NCBI GenBank assembly: GCA_030141605.1
Contig: JAQGDQ010000027.1
Coordinates: 915,306 to 979,305 of the forward strand
Source of the DNA: Tubiluchus corallicola
Lineage: Eukaryota > Animalia > Priapulida
Length of the DNA: 64,000 bases
Direction: 5' to 3'
Both the position numbers and the translations under genes were made by a program. Below are positions 1-25,300 of the stretch, piece by piece. How positions within the stretch are numbered: position 1 is the first letter of the stretch; the number at the start of each line of letters is the position of its first letter. The notes under the pieces are model-generated. The model made no database searches. It worked only from the letters and a program-made list of their open reading frames with translations, and had not been told where the DNA came from.

Positions 1-1782
1 TCAGGCATTCAATTCTATTTGGTCCGTGTCCTGATTCGGTTTGCTTAAACAGAGTCAACAATGACTGAAGAGTATCAGATGTATCTTGTTGAACAGATCG
101 ATCAGGGTCTCTCATCCTCGTGTCTTGACCTCTGGCAGAAACATTTACCACATTCCACCAGCGTAGCACTTGCTGAATGAATTCTGCAGTGTCCTGGGCT
201 CCTCGAAGTCTCAGCGATGCAACGACACGATCGTTGAACACCCTCAGGACATGTTGCACATTCTGGAGCTGAAGTTTTGATGGGAAGACTGCAGAATATG
301 TCAAAGGTGTTGACTTCAGCACATTGTCTTTCTCTGCTTTGTAAAGACTTTTAACTTCAGCAAATGAGCCAACAGTTTTCTTGTCAAACGATAATCTCTG
401 ACATTTCTCGTGTTCCAGTTGTTCCTGATACATTTCAGAATGTGGACGGTATCATACAACAGCAACCACACTCGTGTATTTTCCAGGGGATGTTCAGCCT
501 CCCAGGCTGTTCGTCTGGTAAACAATTTGCAGTATTGTTGGTTGATCTTGTGGTTGTCCGTCATGGACCCTAAAACAGTTCCTCCTGAATTCTCAACCAC
601 TGTAGCAGCCTCCTTCACGACAGAGAATTGATATGCAGCAGTCAGCTTGTGAACGGGAGTCACTGATATCATCACGCTGGGGCCACCATGTAGACATTTA
701 GCCATCACACATAGCATTGATGTAGCTTTACTGTCTGGCTCATTTTTTGCCATGCCATTTAGCACACCCCCTGAAAAAGCCACTGTTGGACGTATTTTCA
801 CTTCATCCACCAATAGCATACAGTGTTTCTGCTCAGAGCTTTTCACTTTCTGAAATGTTTTACCTAGCACCTTGTCAATATCTGTCGATGAAATAACTGA
901 CTGCAGCTTTCTTTTGCTGGGTAACACTAAAAAGTCACGCAGTTGTTCGTAATTGCAATGGGGAAATGACTCTATTGCAAAGCAATAATCAGACACTGTG
1001 AAAGTCTTATCACATAATAGTCGAAGCTGTCGTGTTAGAAATTTGAACTTCTTGGCTTTAGCATTAACACTAGGAGATTGTTCTCGATTTTGAGCTAGTT
1101 CAAGTTGAAGAGACTGTGTCACTTTGTTGACAATATCATCAACATGATGAATGTGGTAGACAACAGAATTCACAACCGCGAAAAATTGTGAGTAAGAGGA
1201 CAGCCCATTGTTCGGACTGAGGATTTTACTTAATGGCACACTGATCCCGTTTTTGAAAGCATACAGAGTAAGAGGGGAACACAAGGTAGGCTTATTGTGA
1301 GCAATAATTGACATATAACATTGACTGTGGTCCTCTTCCATGAACATGCACACAAATTTGTCTTGTGTGCGAGATATAATGAGGTTCTGATACGTCTTAT
1401 GCAAGTCTTTCTCAGGAGTGAATTCATTGAGAGAAGTTATTTTATCCTTTTTAAAGAAATAATTCAGCTGCTGGTCCTCAGTTTTTGGAGGGCGAGGTGG
1501 TGGCTTTGGAGTGGGCAAGCATGATGTTGGAACGTTGAAAATACTAGGTGGATCCACTGGCTTGGTGTGACCACCTGGAATTTTGACCATTTGAGTATCC
1601 AATGGCCAATGCTTTTCGCAAATGAAAAATTTCGTTGGATCAACAACAAAGCCTTCGCGTGGGGGAAGAACACTTAGCCATTTCTGTTTTTCTACATGAT
1701 CTCTTGGCAGTCTGAACACACGACACTTGTTCTCCGTGTCATAGTTACCGTTGCATTTTACAACACCACACTTGTTAGGCAT
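1..1782 (-). pseudogene. THAP-domain P-element-like transposase with a single frameshift near nt 410
   Basis: ATG at 1782 gives MPNKCGVVKC...FRLP...W...ICEKHW...P (THAP C2CH). Catalytic-region motifs LVDEVKI, TDNH and YDTVHILKCIRNNW follow. After a 1-nt shift another frame stays open to the edge: EKCQRLSF...QNVQHVLRVFN...DTAEFIQQVLRWWNVVN. Confidence 0.85.
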
Positions 1783-2088
1783 TCTGCTGAGCACAGATGT
1801 ATAAAATCCAGGAGAAATTTTGAAAATAATCCACAAAGAAACACGAAAACAACGCTTCACTTGACTTTGAACAATGACACATTAACAATGACGAAGCACT
1901 ACTTCCGGTAAAACACACTTACGCCTAAAGTAGTGCGCTATTTAAGAAGTAAAAATGAACACTAATTTCCTTTGATACATAAAATAAACAATTGGTACTT
2001 TTATAGATTACGTTCATACAAGTATTGATCGCCTCCGCTGGCGGAATCAGAGATCTGAGCGTGCACGTCCTGTGTATAGTAGTCCTTG
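1..2088 (-). mobile_element. P-element-superfamily DNA transposon (THAP plus RNase H-type transposase), truncated by the left window edge, antisense within a SELENOO intron
   Basis: Contains the transposase ORF. Probable 5' terminus at 2088 reads CAAGGACTACTATACACAGG on the minus strand (CA end, typical of P elements) and abuts a (TA)n tract. The other TIR and the TSD lie outside the window. Confidence 0.8.
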
Positions 2089-2541
2089 ATATATATATAT
2101 ATATATCGGACTTTCTAATTTGCTTCACCTAATTTTTGTTGTACTTGATTTCTGGTGATAAACATTGGTTGAAGTTTTATTACATAAAAATGGTCACTGC
2201 CAGTTCAAACATTGTTCTCTTTAATGATAAGGAGCTACCAATATTTATTTATTTAGCCCAAACAATACAATCACGTTTGTGAATTAGTACAAAAATTAAT
2301 GCAACATTAGCCTTATTACAACGCATTGACACAATATAGAAAAAGAAATTTGGATATAATGGTTCCACCATTGTGCAACAAAAGTTTGACCAATGAGAAG
2401 TTTACACAAAAGTTGAGGGACCAACTTTGACTGTCGCAATTTCGATTCTCTAACACCTAAAAAAGATTGAAATTTACTAATACATAGCTATCAGACTTTA
2501 GTTATGTATTCAAGTATATCGTACAGTTCTATGTTGCTTAA

Positions 2542-14784
<12,243 letters not shown>

Positions 14785-15362
14785 AACCATGTAAAATGTT
14801 TGAGATCTTACGCCTGTTTATGATTTTTACAAGATTTTTAAACGTTGCAGCTTCATTACTCAGGGCTGTTTCATTTTGATGAATTCATTCATGAATTTCA
14901 TTTTGCACAGTACTCACTGCTAAAACTGACAGGTTTTTTTCTAAGTGTCCAAGTGCTATAATCGTTGTGTTATAACTCTGTAGCCATTATTTGTTGCAAT
15001 GATGTGCTGCTAATTAAAATATCATTATTTGTGTGCTTTGTTTGTAAAAATGTCGCACAGTTTAGAAGCTGTAATCTTATTGCATTTAAAAAACCTACAT
15101 CAGACTCTTGACTTTCTGAAGTGTTCACTAGGATAAAATATACGAAATTATGTACGTACGTCATTGCAACACGTGAAGCACAGAAAAACTCCCACATTCT
15201 AAAGCAGGCAAGATCCCATCTTTTTACATGGTGAGTTTATTACAGTTTCATTTTACAGATTTCTGATAAACTACCTCACAAAATGAAACTGTGATTGACC
15301 ATGCAAATTGTGCAAAATTCTCAGACATGCGGTTTAAGCCGGGGTAGCATTGTTTAAAGCTC

Positions 15363-15444
15363 GGCAATGTACGAGTGCATGATGGTAGAAGCTAAAATCT
15401 GTGTTAAGACAGTTTCTACTTGATTAAATTTTGCACAGTTTGCT
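15363..15444 (+). promoter_or_regulatory. SECIS element (type II-like) in the SELENOO 3' UTR
   Basis: ATGA core at 15379-82. Helix II GGTAGAAGCT (15384-93) pairs with AGTTTCTACT (15411-20) with 2 G-U. Unpaired AAAA at 15394-97, mini-helix TCT/AGA, 3' TGAT at 15421-24, imperfect lower helix. Confidence 0.92.
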
Positions 15445-15567
15445 CATCTTATTTGTGAATAACTATGTAAGAGTTTGAGCTGCTTTTGTGTTTTTGAAGG
15501 AATATAATTAGTTCCTAAAATGGATACCAGGCGAGTAATCTGAGGCTCTGAGGCTTGTCTGCCACAT

Positions 15568-15573
15568 AATAAA
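15568..15573 (+). terminator. Candidate polyadenylation signal of SELENOO
   Basis: First AATAAA downstream of the SECIS. Confidence 0.45.
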
Positions 15574-16125
15574 TGTACCTTGATAATACTGATATGCAAC
15601 TCATTTTCAAGACAATTCAAAGATCATTTAGTCTTTATTGCTATGTGGCATAATAACACTAGGTGTGCAGTGTTAAACCTGCTCACATTTTGTATGGCGA
15701 GGAGTTAATATTTCTGTTCATTTGTTATCTATATGCTTAATGTAATTGATATTCAGTGAAGTTTATGCAGGTTTAAAATCCATGATAAATGAGTTTTTAG
15801 CACTCGTTTTTTACAATCTGACTTTAAGCATTATGCCATTTGTTTTAATTTATATTACAAATTTATATATCAATAATTATTTTTTTCATAATTATATTAT
15901 TTTTCTAAACCTATAATTGTTAATTCTGTACTACACATTGGCAAAGATGCATATTGCACATCTGTTTAAATTTGCATATACAAATTATATGCAGCAAATA
16001 TCTGTAATTATATCCACATAATGATAATATCAAGAAAAGGTATGCACTTTTGGAGTTCTGGTTTGACTATATCTCATGATCGTGTACAAAGCAACCAAAA
16101 ATTTGTCTTGTATCACTTGGAACAA

Positions 16126-16131
16126 TTTATT
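16126..16131 (-). terminator. Candidate distal polyadenylation signal of Lasp (implies ~3 kb 3' UTR)
   Basis: AATAAA on the minus strand at the left end of a region A-rich on plus (T-rich on minus) that extends to the Lasp stop. Confidence 0.4.
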
Positions 16132-19128
16132 AAACACAATAGAAGATGTTTTACAAGGACAAACAGTCTATAATAAAAACCAACAACGAGTGATAAGATT
16201 ATGACGGGAAGCACTATTTCAATAGTTATAATCAGTTAATTATATGTGGTCATTTTAATGTAACGGGATGCAAAATTAGGGAAAACATCAAAATGACATT
16301 AGCACAAATTTGCGATTAATATTGATCTAATTCTATAGTATGTTACATACCTACACAATTCCTATGAATAAGAAATTTAGATTAATTTAACCAAGTATTT
16401 GTTTCTGACAGCACAAATGGAATGTTTAAAACTTTTGAAAATCGCTGTAAAAATCGACAAACTTAAAAAAGTTAAAATAAATCTAGTGAAAAATTCAGGC
16501 AGAAAATACTGACTCTGAAGTACAAGACTAGTATCTTATAGCAAAGAAAACCAGGACCACTTCCAAGATAAAGACTACTCTTTTCTTGACACATAAAATG
16601 ATGTAATATATGCTGTTATCATAGTTAACAGTACAACAAGTGAAATGAAAAAACAGTGCAGTTGTGGATTCAACAACTGTGTGTAAAGGCAATCCTGACA
16701 GCCATGAAATTAGTTACAGTTACACAGTACACATCCAAATTCTCATCACCATAAAGCAAGGGATTGCTAAAAAGCCTAAATGAGCAGTATTACAAAGTTA
16801 TTGTAGCAATCAATAAAGTATCTAACTCGTTTTAATAATTTCCAGCTGTATTATTGATAACTGTCAGATGACCGTAGGTTCTTAGTATCTTCAATCTTCC
16901 TAAATTATGAATGAAACGAAGATGATACATAATGATGTGATCTCAAATATGGGATATCCCAAAATTCGAACTTCGCAAATCAGGTTTTTACAGTAACAGA
17001 GTACAACTACAGCAGAATGGAGAAATACATAATCAAATTTTTTTACACAGTTAGTAAATGTATCACAATATAAAAAAAAATATACTACACATTTTAAAAC
17101 AATACTCCCATGTCCTGAAACGATTTCTGAGCATACTGTACATTAAAAAATTTAGAGACTCAAGTGCTTCAATTTTGACCTGCAAGGTTTTGCTGTGAAA
17201 CACGAACTGCTGCTAGTACTACTGCTTAAGGTTAAAACAAATTGAAACCGCCTGACTCGAGTCAATAAACTATGTTTGAAACAAATAAAATCAATGAATC
17301 CATAAAAATGAGCTTTGTTTCCAGCAAAATTTTAACCTTCACCCCACTACTGACTGCTACTCAACCACTAAAGCACATTCCGTGGTAACTGAAGTGCTGT
17401 GAGCTCCACAAGACAATACAGCCAAGCAGGAATAATAGAGCCAGAAACTTCAAGGTATTATTCAATCAAACTTCTAAAAGCACTGGCTTGAATTATCAGG
17501 TTTATAACATACGATTAATATAAAATACTAAACGATGCAGTAAAAGAACAAAACAGTTTAGTAAGATAACAGTTTCAATCAATCCAGCAGGCATGTGTCA
17601 AGTTTCTAACCAAGAGCTCCAAAAACAATGCTACAATTTCATTTGGCTTTAATACATCATATTTTTGTTAACAACGTCAATTCCACCGTATTATTATGCT
17701 TAGTAAATCAGATAAACCATTTGTGATTTGAGTTAGTCTTCTTTGCTGTTACATAAAATACATTTTACACACATTTTACCAAACACAGGAACACATCATA
17801 CACGTCCATGGAGAAAATGCGTTAACAAAAGAAACAACAACACATTCCTGACACAAACTATTTCATCACAAGTCACTAGACAATTTCAACATGTCAATGA
17901 ACAATAAAAACAAGTAAATCTATAAAAATTTATCAAGTCCATGCAAATTAGTCTTAATAACAAAGTTCAAAATTCAACAATGTAGTAAAGTTATACACTA
18001 CATCCTAGTGAAAATAAATGCATTTGACAAGAAAACTGGTTGTAAAATACAGAATGAAACTGTATCATGTTCAATTAGCAGTAACTGTGTACAGGAATGA
18101 TTAGAAAGCAGAATCTAACAATAATAACCCTTAAATGTGGAAAACAAGGTTAAAAGTTTCAATCCTGAGTGCAGTGATGCACTTTATAATAAATACACAT
18201 AATAAAGGAATGTTCATGAAAAAGAATTAAAAAACTAAAAAGAACTCTGCTCTATTCTTGGCGCATTTTGTCATACATGCGTCTAACAGCATCAATGGAT
18301 GCGAATTACAAAATAATTAAAAATTAATAAAAACACTTGGGTTTATTTCATATCACTTTAATAACTTTTGTAAGTTTGTACAATAACACACTATTCGATG
18401 ATAGTGCACCTACAGTTTAATTTATTCATGGAAAGAAAATAATATAAATCCATTTTTGCATTATTAGCATATAAATTCAAAACAAAACTCATTAGAACCA
18501 AAATAATTGTTAAGCTCCTTCATAAAACTACCACTGCTTCGTGTTTGCCAACCACCTTGTTTAACACAAGGCACTGATTTTGGTTACAACACAATTTAAT
18601 GTGCATAAAGTAGTCCACGTTAAGTACCTGGGTATAAACAATGAGCACGCATGAACTAGCAACCAACTAATGACCGTTGTTAACAGTAAGCTTCCCCATA
18701 CTAGAGATTTTCTATCAACATATATCACATACAAACCTAAAAACCCTGCTCACCAAAATAACAGATGTAAACCATTATAGCCCTCAGTTAACGTATTATC
18801 AACGAAACAGACTGCCTTTAAGTTAACCTAATATCACCATGACTACAATTTTGAATGTGATTTAGTCCATGAAGCCTACCTTAAAAACTGGCATTAATAA
18901 ATGAAAATGCCACTTTCGTGCTAACTATTTGACCCAAACTACCTAATAATTATTGTATGAATGTGGATAAACATGACATTAAAATATAGTAACATGCAGT
19001 AACTGCACTATTTAGTTCTCTTATTTACTGATCTTTATATTAATTAAAAAAGCCTACCTACTACATAAAGATCTGTTACACTACTTAACAAGTTCTCAAC
19101 AAGATACAGTAAGATCACTAGGATGTAT

Positions 19129-19308
19129 TCAGTAGTTAGCCTGCTCGACATAGTTAGCTGGAAGCATTCCGTGTTGTCCAGTCCGCTCTACTGAACCTGT
19201 CATCCATCCAGCGTCAATTTGAGTCACGTTTATTATTCTGTCTCCTTCTCTAAACGAAACTTCATCATCATCAGCTGCGTCGTAGTCATACACTGCTCTG
19301 TAGATTGG
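19129..19308 (-). CDS. Lasp: Lasp terminal SH3 exon ([19 protein letters not shown]...[13 protein letters not shown])
   Basis: Canonical Lasp/nebulin-type SH3; TGA at 19129-19131. Confidence 0.96.
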   Translation of the reverse strand, partial: PIYRAVYDYDAADDDEVSFREGDRIINVTQIDAGWMTGSVERTGQHGMLPANYVEQANY

Positions 19309-22300
19309 CTGTAAGAGTTAAACAAAGTAACAAAACAGTGATAGCATAAATGCAAATCAGCCGATAAAATTTAATAAATTTTTAAATACAACTAGGAACC
19401 ATGCAAGCCAGAATCTAGTATTCAGTGGCAGGCCCTAGTCAAATAGCTGAGCGAAAACAAGACCCGACACATTATCAAGCAGAGCCATTGAACCAGCAGA
19501 GGTGTCTCAGCTACATTTAGAAGAGTACACAGCCATAATCAACATGGCAAATGAAACCTCTCAGAGTGACAATAGAACAGTTAATTTATCCAGTCATCAA
19601 TCAGCCTAAGCGAGAAGGACAGAGTCGCCAAGATGAAGCAGAGACCATGGAGCCATTTGCTTGGTAAGCCAGCAAATAGCCCTATTAAAGCTTGTTAATA
19701 TTCATTACCTTACGCATAAGCAAACGAAATTGCTGTGTCTGGATAACTATTTGTGCTTATATATTCACGAGATCTTCAACATAAATTTCTCACATTCTTT
19801 AAACGTTTTAGTATCACCATTAAAAAAAGAAGCGTCTAACTACATTTGACACTCTAAAGTAAGTACTTGTGTTCAAAAAAAGCATTAATTGCAGAGAAAA
19901 TGAAAGATCTGCTTCTTTGAGACTCTTGACCAGTAAGACTATTGTCAAACAGATGCCAACATAAAAATTCTCGAATAAGATGATACAGAATTAAAACAAC
20001 TCAATCCTGTGTTATTTTGTCTGCAACAAAAAGCATTAAAAACTTAATGTACTTAAAAATGAAAATAAGTGAACAAAAGTAGTAAAAGTCATTACTAACC
20101 CCTCTATAGTGGGAATGTTGTGCAGGTGGTGGCTGGTTCGGTCGCACGGCTGCAATAAAGTCAAGCATATTATGTAATAATAAAAGTAATTTGGTTTTAA
20201 AAAAGAGACAATTTAGATGGTTTTCAAGATTTCATATTTAATTTTTGGTATTTGGTGCCACAAATATGAATCACTTAGAAAGACAAGTCAGTATTGTATC
20301 CCAAATGTGAAAACCTGTTAACCTTGCTACTGAAATTTAATTAACAAAAAATGCTACTATCTTTTTGCCACTCTTTTACTATCCCATTTCCAGAATCATT
20401 CTCTATTCACAGGACAACAAAAATGTTTCATCAAGAGAAAGTACAAGACATCGCATAAGTTGCAAACAAACTACAAACAAAAACATTCTGATCTGCTTAT
20501 ATACCTTGTGATGCAGGGCTATAACCAGCTGCAATGGAGCCATATTTTTCGTTCACTGGATCATACTCACTGATAGAACCAACTCTTGGACCCTGAGGGT
20601 TGCGGACTGAAATGCAAAATCACGAATACACAATTCAATTTCAGATTACAAACAGACATATATGCTCCTAAAAATGGTTTAATAAATTTAAGGCATAAAA
20701 TGTATTTATATAAACACGTGTCTTAATTTTCAAAAATGAAAATATGGATACAAAGCTACGAAATAATCAGGTCAAGATTTATGGCAGAAAATATATTTGA
20801 TGCTTAAAATACTTAACTCAAAAGATTTTTTTGGCAAAAAATACATTTAACACCTAAAAGCATGTCATCTCTTATCTTAAATCAACCCTATTCACCTACT
20901 TTCTTATAGCAACTTATTTAGCTATTAGAAGTTTAAATTTTGCCTTAACCAAGAAATTAAATGTAGCATGTGTTTGACAACATTTGTGTTTGACAACCAA
21001 TAAAACTCAGTTAAGCCAAGGCTTTGAGCACACGAGTTATAATCTAACCAATCACAAGAACTTCGGGTGAACTTTGTAGTCATAATGCCCCAGGATCAAC
21101 CTTCCTCTAAGGATCATATGGCATTACGTGCTACATAAGAACAAAGATACTGCACTTCGGAAGGTTAAACTTAACATCAAATAATTTGCGACACATTACA
21201 GTGTTTCGTGCATATCTTTGTGCAGTGGTTCTCGCAGCCCCATGTCACATTCCTCTCCTTGCAGCTCTAGGTTCTCCCCGATCCTTCTCCCATTCTGAAT
21301 TGTCATTTAATAATTTTTTCATCATTGTACTTTTACATTGTAACTATTAAAAAATTTATGAAGCTAAAACTTATTTTTTAACTGCAATTAAATAAAAAAT
21401 CCTTTTTTCAATGGCTCCTAAAACTTGTGTTTGAATTTGTTATTGTTGGAAAGGCCAAAAGACCATAAAGGGACACAAAAAGAAAAAAAATTAAAATCAT
21501 CCCATGCAGAGAAACTAATTTCGTTATATTATTATTTCATCTGATATACCTATACATGTTGTACAACAAACATTATTTCCTCTAAAGGAAATTCTCTTCA
21601 ATGTCTGCCCTAACAAAAATTCGTTTAATTCAACATGGAATTTTTCTCTGGAAGATAAGTTCATCAGATGCTTCAGGGCATCAATTATTTAATGAAAAAT
21701 CTTACCTGTTTCTGACAGCCTGTACTACTTAAATTCTGACTATCAGTGCACATTATTTAACCTTTCTCAGTTATAATAACACCACACACAAATCACTTGC
21801 TTTTTCATGTAGGTGACCTTGACTATTTTGACCTAGAGTCTTAAATTCTTTTTTTAAACTAACACCCCTGGTAGGGTCGAACACCAAAAATGCTTTTTCA
21901 CATGGCGCATAACTATGCCGAATTTCATTTGACGAATTAACAGTGGAGAATTCCTCTAAACTTTGGTTAATCACAACAACAACGACAACAACAATATGGA
22001 ATCAGTAATTCAAAGGCAAAGTAATGATCATCATCTAAGCTACATCCTCACAGAAATAAACAGGCAGTCCCCATGATTGCAAAATAATCTAAATGTGACA
22101 TTTGAAGGAGTTTAGAGAGATTTCCTCAAAGTAGTTAGTAGATTCCCAAACATTAACTGCAGATGCCACAAAAGAAAAAGAAGTGTTGTAGACTTTTTTA
22201 ATGTTGGAAATAAAGCCACATGTTTAAAGATCAAATACAACGTACTTTATAAAGTTTCAGTTTTAAACAAAAACAGAAAGAAAATGCTCCAACTGAGATT

Positions 22301-25300
22301 CCTGACACTTTTAATTTTTTTTTGGTGGTTTATATAAGAGGAAATGGGGTGTGTGAGGTTGTCATTTCTGAAGAAAGACAAGAACTTGATTTTGCGTGTT
22401 TTACTCATTACGCTAGCAAAATTCATATCTTTGTTGCACCATCATTTGAGTTTGGCTTTCACATGTCACATTTCGCTTTGCAGCATTATTTACAAATTGG
22501 GCGACACTGAAACTATGCGGTATCCACGGAAGCGTTGCCAGCACATTTGTTTAGCCTGCGATTTTCCGGAGTTTCACGAACAAGACTGAACAAAATGTTC
22601 TGGGAGAAAATGCAACTTCCAGGCTCTCTTTCATAGGAAGGAAGCCATGAAATTTAGTAAAATCAATGTCAAGTTACGGTTAGCTCTTTCAATTAAAGAA
22701 AAACTTGTTTTTACGTTAAATTTGACCTTTAAGTACTCTGTGCAATGAAAAACATAAGCAAAGTTTATTTACACACTTTTCACAGTTTCTAAAAACAACG
22801 AACAAACACATACTATAACTACTTGCCACATAAAATGTGTTGCATACCCAGCAAAAACGTTAGCAACATATTATTCCACATTGCCAAATTCTGTTCTAAG
22901 AATCTTGTCATTCATGAATTCTGTTTGAAAAAATTGAAGTGAAATTCCACAAGTCTCAAAAATTATTATACAAACAACTTTATATGAACTATAGGATGAC
23001 CAGACCTGGCCTGCCAAACATTAAAATCGGCAACAAACAGATTTTTATTCAAACCAGAACCACACTTGAGAATGCTCACAATCTCAATGGTTAAAACAGT
23101 GGGGTGTATGTTTTAATCAAGAAATTCTAAATGCCAATGATGTATTATAATAACAATAGTAACTGAAATTACAAGCAGAATTTGACATAAATGGACCGAA
23201 AGATGCCATATGTTTCAACAATCTAAACAAGAAAAATTGTTTTTTTCTAAATACTGACACTGGGATGTATATATCATACTCCCCAGTGGAATGAATATTT
23301 ATTCAATAAAAAACAAGTATTACAGGGAGTAGATTACAGTAAATCTTTGCTTAGCAGTTATCCTTTTAGCGACAAATTGTTTTAATGCCAACAGTTTTTT
23401 TACCACCACTTTCTCTCTATGTTTTGATTTTAAAGACAAATTTTTAAGTTCTGAAATTTTGCCTGTGGAGTCGCACTTTATAAAAGAAGCCACTGTTAGT
23501 CTAAACGTGACACACATCTGGGATTGCTGTGCTTACATACATAGAAATAAACCTGACTGACTTCTCTAACAAAATTAGACTTAAGTCTAATTTGATAAAA
23601 GTCTCCTAAATTATAATTACCCCTAGCATTCACTATCCAGTTCATTTGTATTTACACTGCACGAAAAACAATGTTTTCATAAATATTAGAAAATCCATAA
23701 ACTTAGAAAACAAAACTGAACATTTTGACTTTTGAGACAATATAAACTTGGAAAGAGAGCAGTATACATTCATAGTGCTCTCGAATTGCCTCATTCCTCA
23801 CTCGACTGTAAAAGAAATTCATGAGAATGCGGAAATTATAAAGCGAATGCAAAGGGTACAACAACAACGTGGTGCAAGAATAATCAAGGTGTAAGACGCA
23901 CGACAAAAGCAATGCAATAACTTAGGCATCTTTTATGCAAAGCAAAGATTTACTGTAAAGTATGCTGCATGAAGATAAACAAATATAATGGATATATTTT
24001 GTACATTTGTGTGCTTTGGAAATATCACAGCATATTAATAGGACTGTAAATTTGGCGTCAGAACACCAAGCTTGTCTAAAATGTTGAAAACATGGCTAGA
24101 ATCGAAGCAGTGCACCCCTCACCTTGCCCATCACCAGAACGATAAATAACAGATTGTGGCGTACTAGGAGCATTGCCCTGCGGAGGGCCTGTAGACTGCG
24201 GAGGACGATCCTGTGAACCACTGTGGGCGTAAGCTTGTTTTGCTGTCAAACAAAAATGCAAATAATTATCATAACCCGAGTCTGCACCAGTCATACAATA
24301 AAGCTTGGCAAATTAACTTAGTTTGGTAGTAATGCAAGTCTCTGAAATTTTTACACATCTCTTGGTATTATGTCTAACCAATTAACTCAACTATACAGGA
24401 CTCACGAATTAATAATATTACTATTTCAATTCAGCCATCATGTCAAATAAATACTAAAAGCAAAGCCAAACCAATATCAATTGTTGACCAAGCAGTTTCT
24501 TCCTTAAAATTAACCAATTTAAGAGATGAAATACCTCTTTATAAAACTTTACAAAGGTATAAAAGTCTATCTGAATTATAATAAAGGACACAAAAATGTA
24601 TAGTAACATTCAGTTACATCTACATTCTACACTAAGGGGGCTAGAAACTAATGTAAATAACGAAAAACACAACAAAGAGGTATTGTAACAAGCAGGCTAA
24701 AATATGTTTAAAGCTACACAAAATACCTAAGTGATGTAACACACACAGAACTCTTGCGATTCAAAGCATGCTACCTTTAAAGCCTTGACTGCAAAATGAC
24801 TGATTAATGCCAGCAACGATAGTGTCAAACAACTGTCAGCAGTTCAAAATAAATCTCATTCACTGAGCATTTGAAGAAGGAAAACTAATTTCACAGGTTA
24901 ACAGCCATGTTCGAACAAAACAAATTAGCAAACAGGCAAAAAAAAAACAAATGAAAAACTACTAATAAAAGATATTGTACTGCAGCTTATCAAGAGATTT
25001 ATAAAGCACATAAATTTACAGTTAAATACAGGGTAGTCAACCAACATGCTAACCCGACTTTCTGCATAACAAACATCATGACAGACATGCCTTTCAAGCT
25101 TCAAGAAACATATGCTCAGAAAAAAAACAGAATTTACTATAAGCGACTCATTTAAAATCTTCATTGTAAAGCTCTGCAGGCGCATCTGTCAGTCTGTCAC
25201 ACGGGAAAACAGAACCAAACCACAGCATGCAATAAACTGCATGCAGATTAGTAAATGGGAGGCACCATGTGCAGGCGGCTCCTGCGGAGGCATAGGTGTC

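Noticed and set aside
1783-1860. N-terminal extension of the 514-aa transposase ORF
   Set aside because: Starts at a non-ATG codon; THAP domains begin at the N-terminus, so ATG 1782 is the likely start.
14815-14935. Other ATGA-containing segments just after the SELENOO stop as SECIS candidates
   Set aside because: No helix II with a correctly placed AA and 3' GA; the element at 15379 fits far better.
19096-19131. Stop-codon readthrough or Sec at the Lasp TGA
   Set aside because: Context TGA-ATA is not a leaky signal, the SH3 domain is already complete, and no SECIS was seen on that strand.
21240-21300. Minus-strand EWEKDRG resembling nebulin EFEKEKG
   Set aside because: Very short match, poor acceptor, and adjacent to a hAT-like cagtggttctc repeat end.
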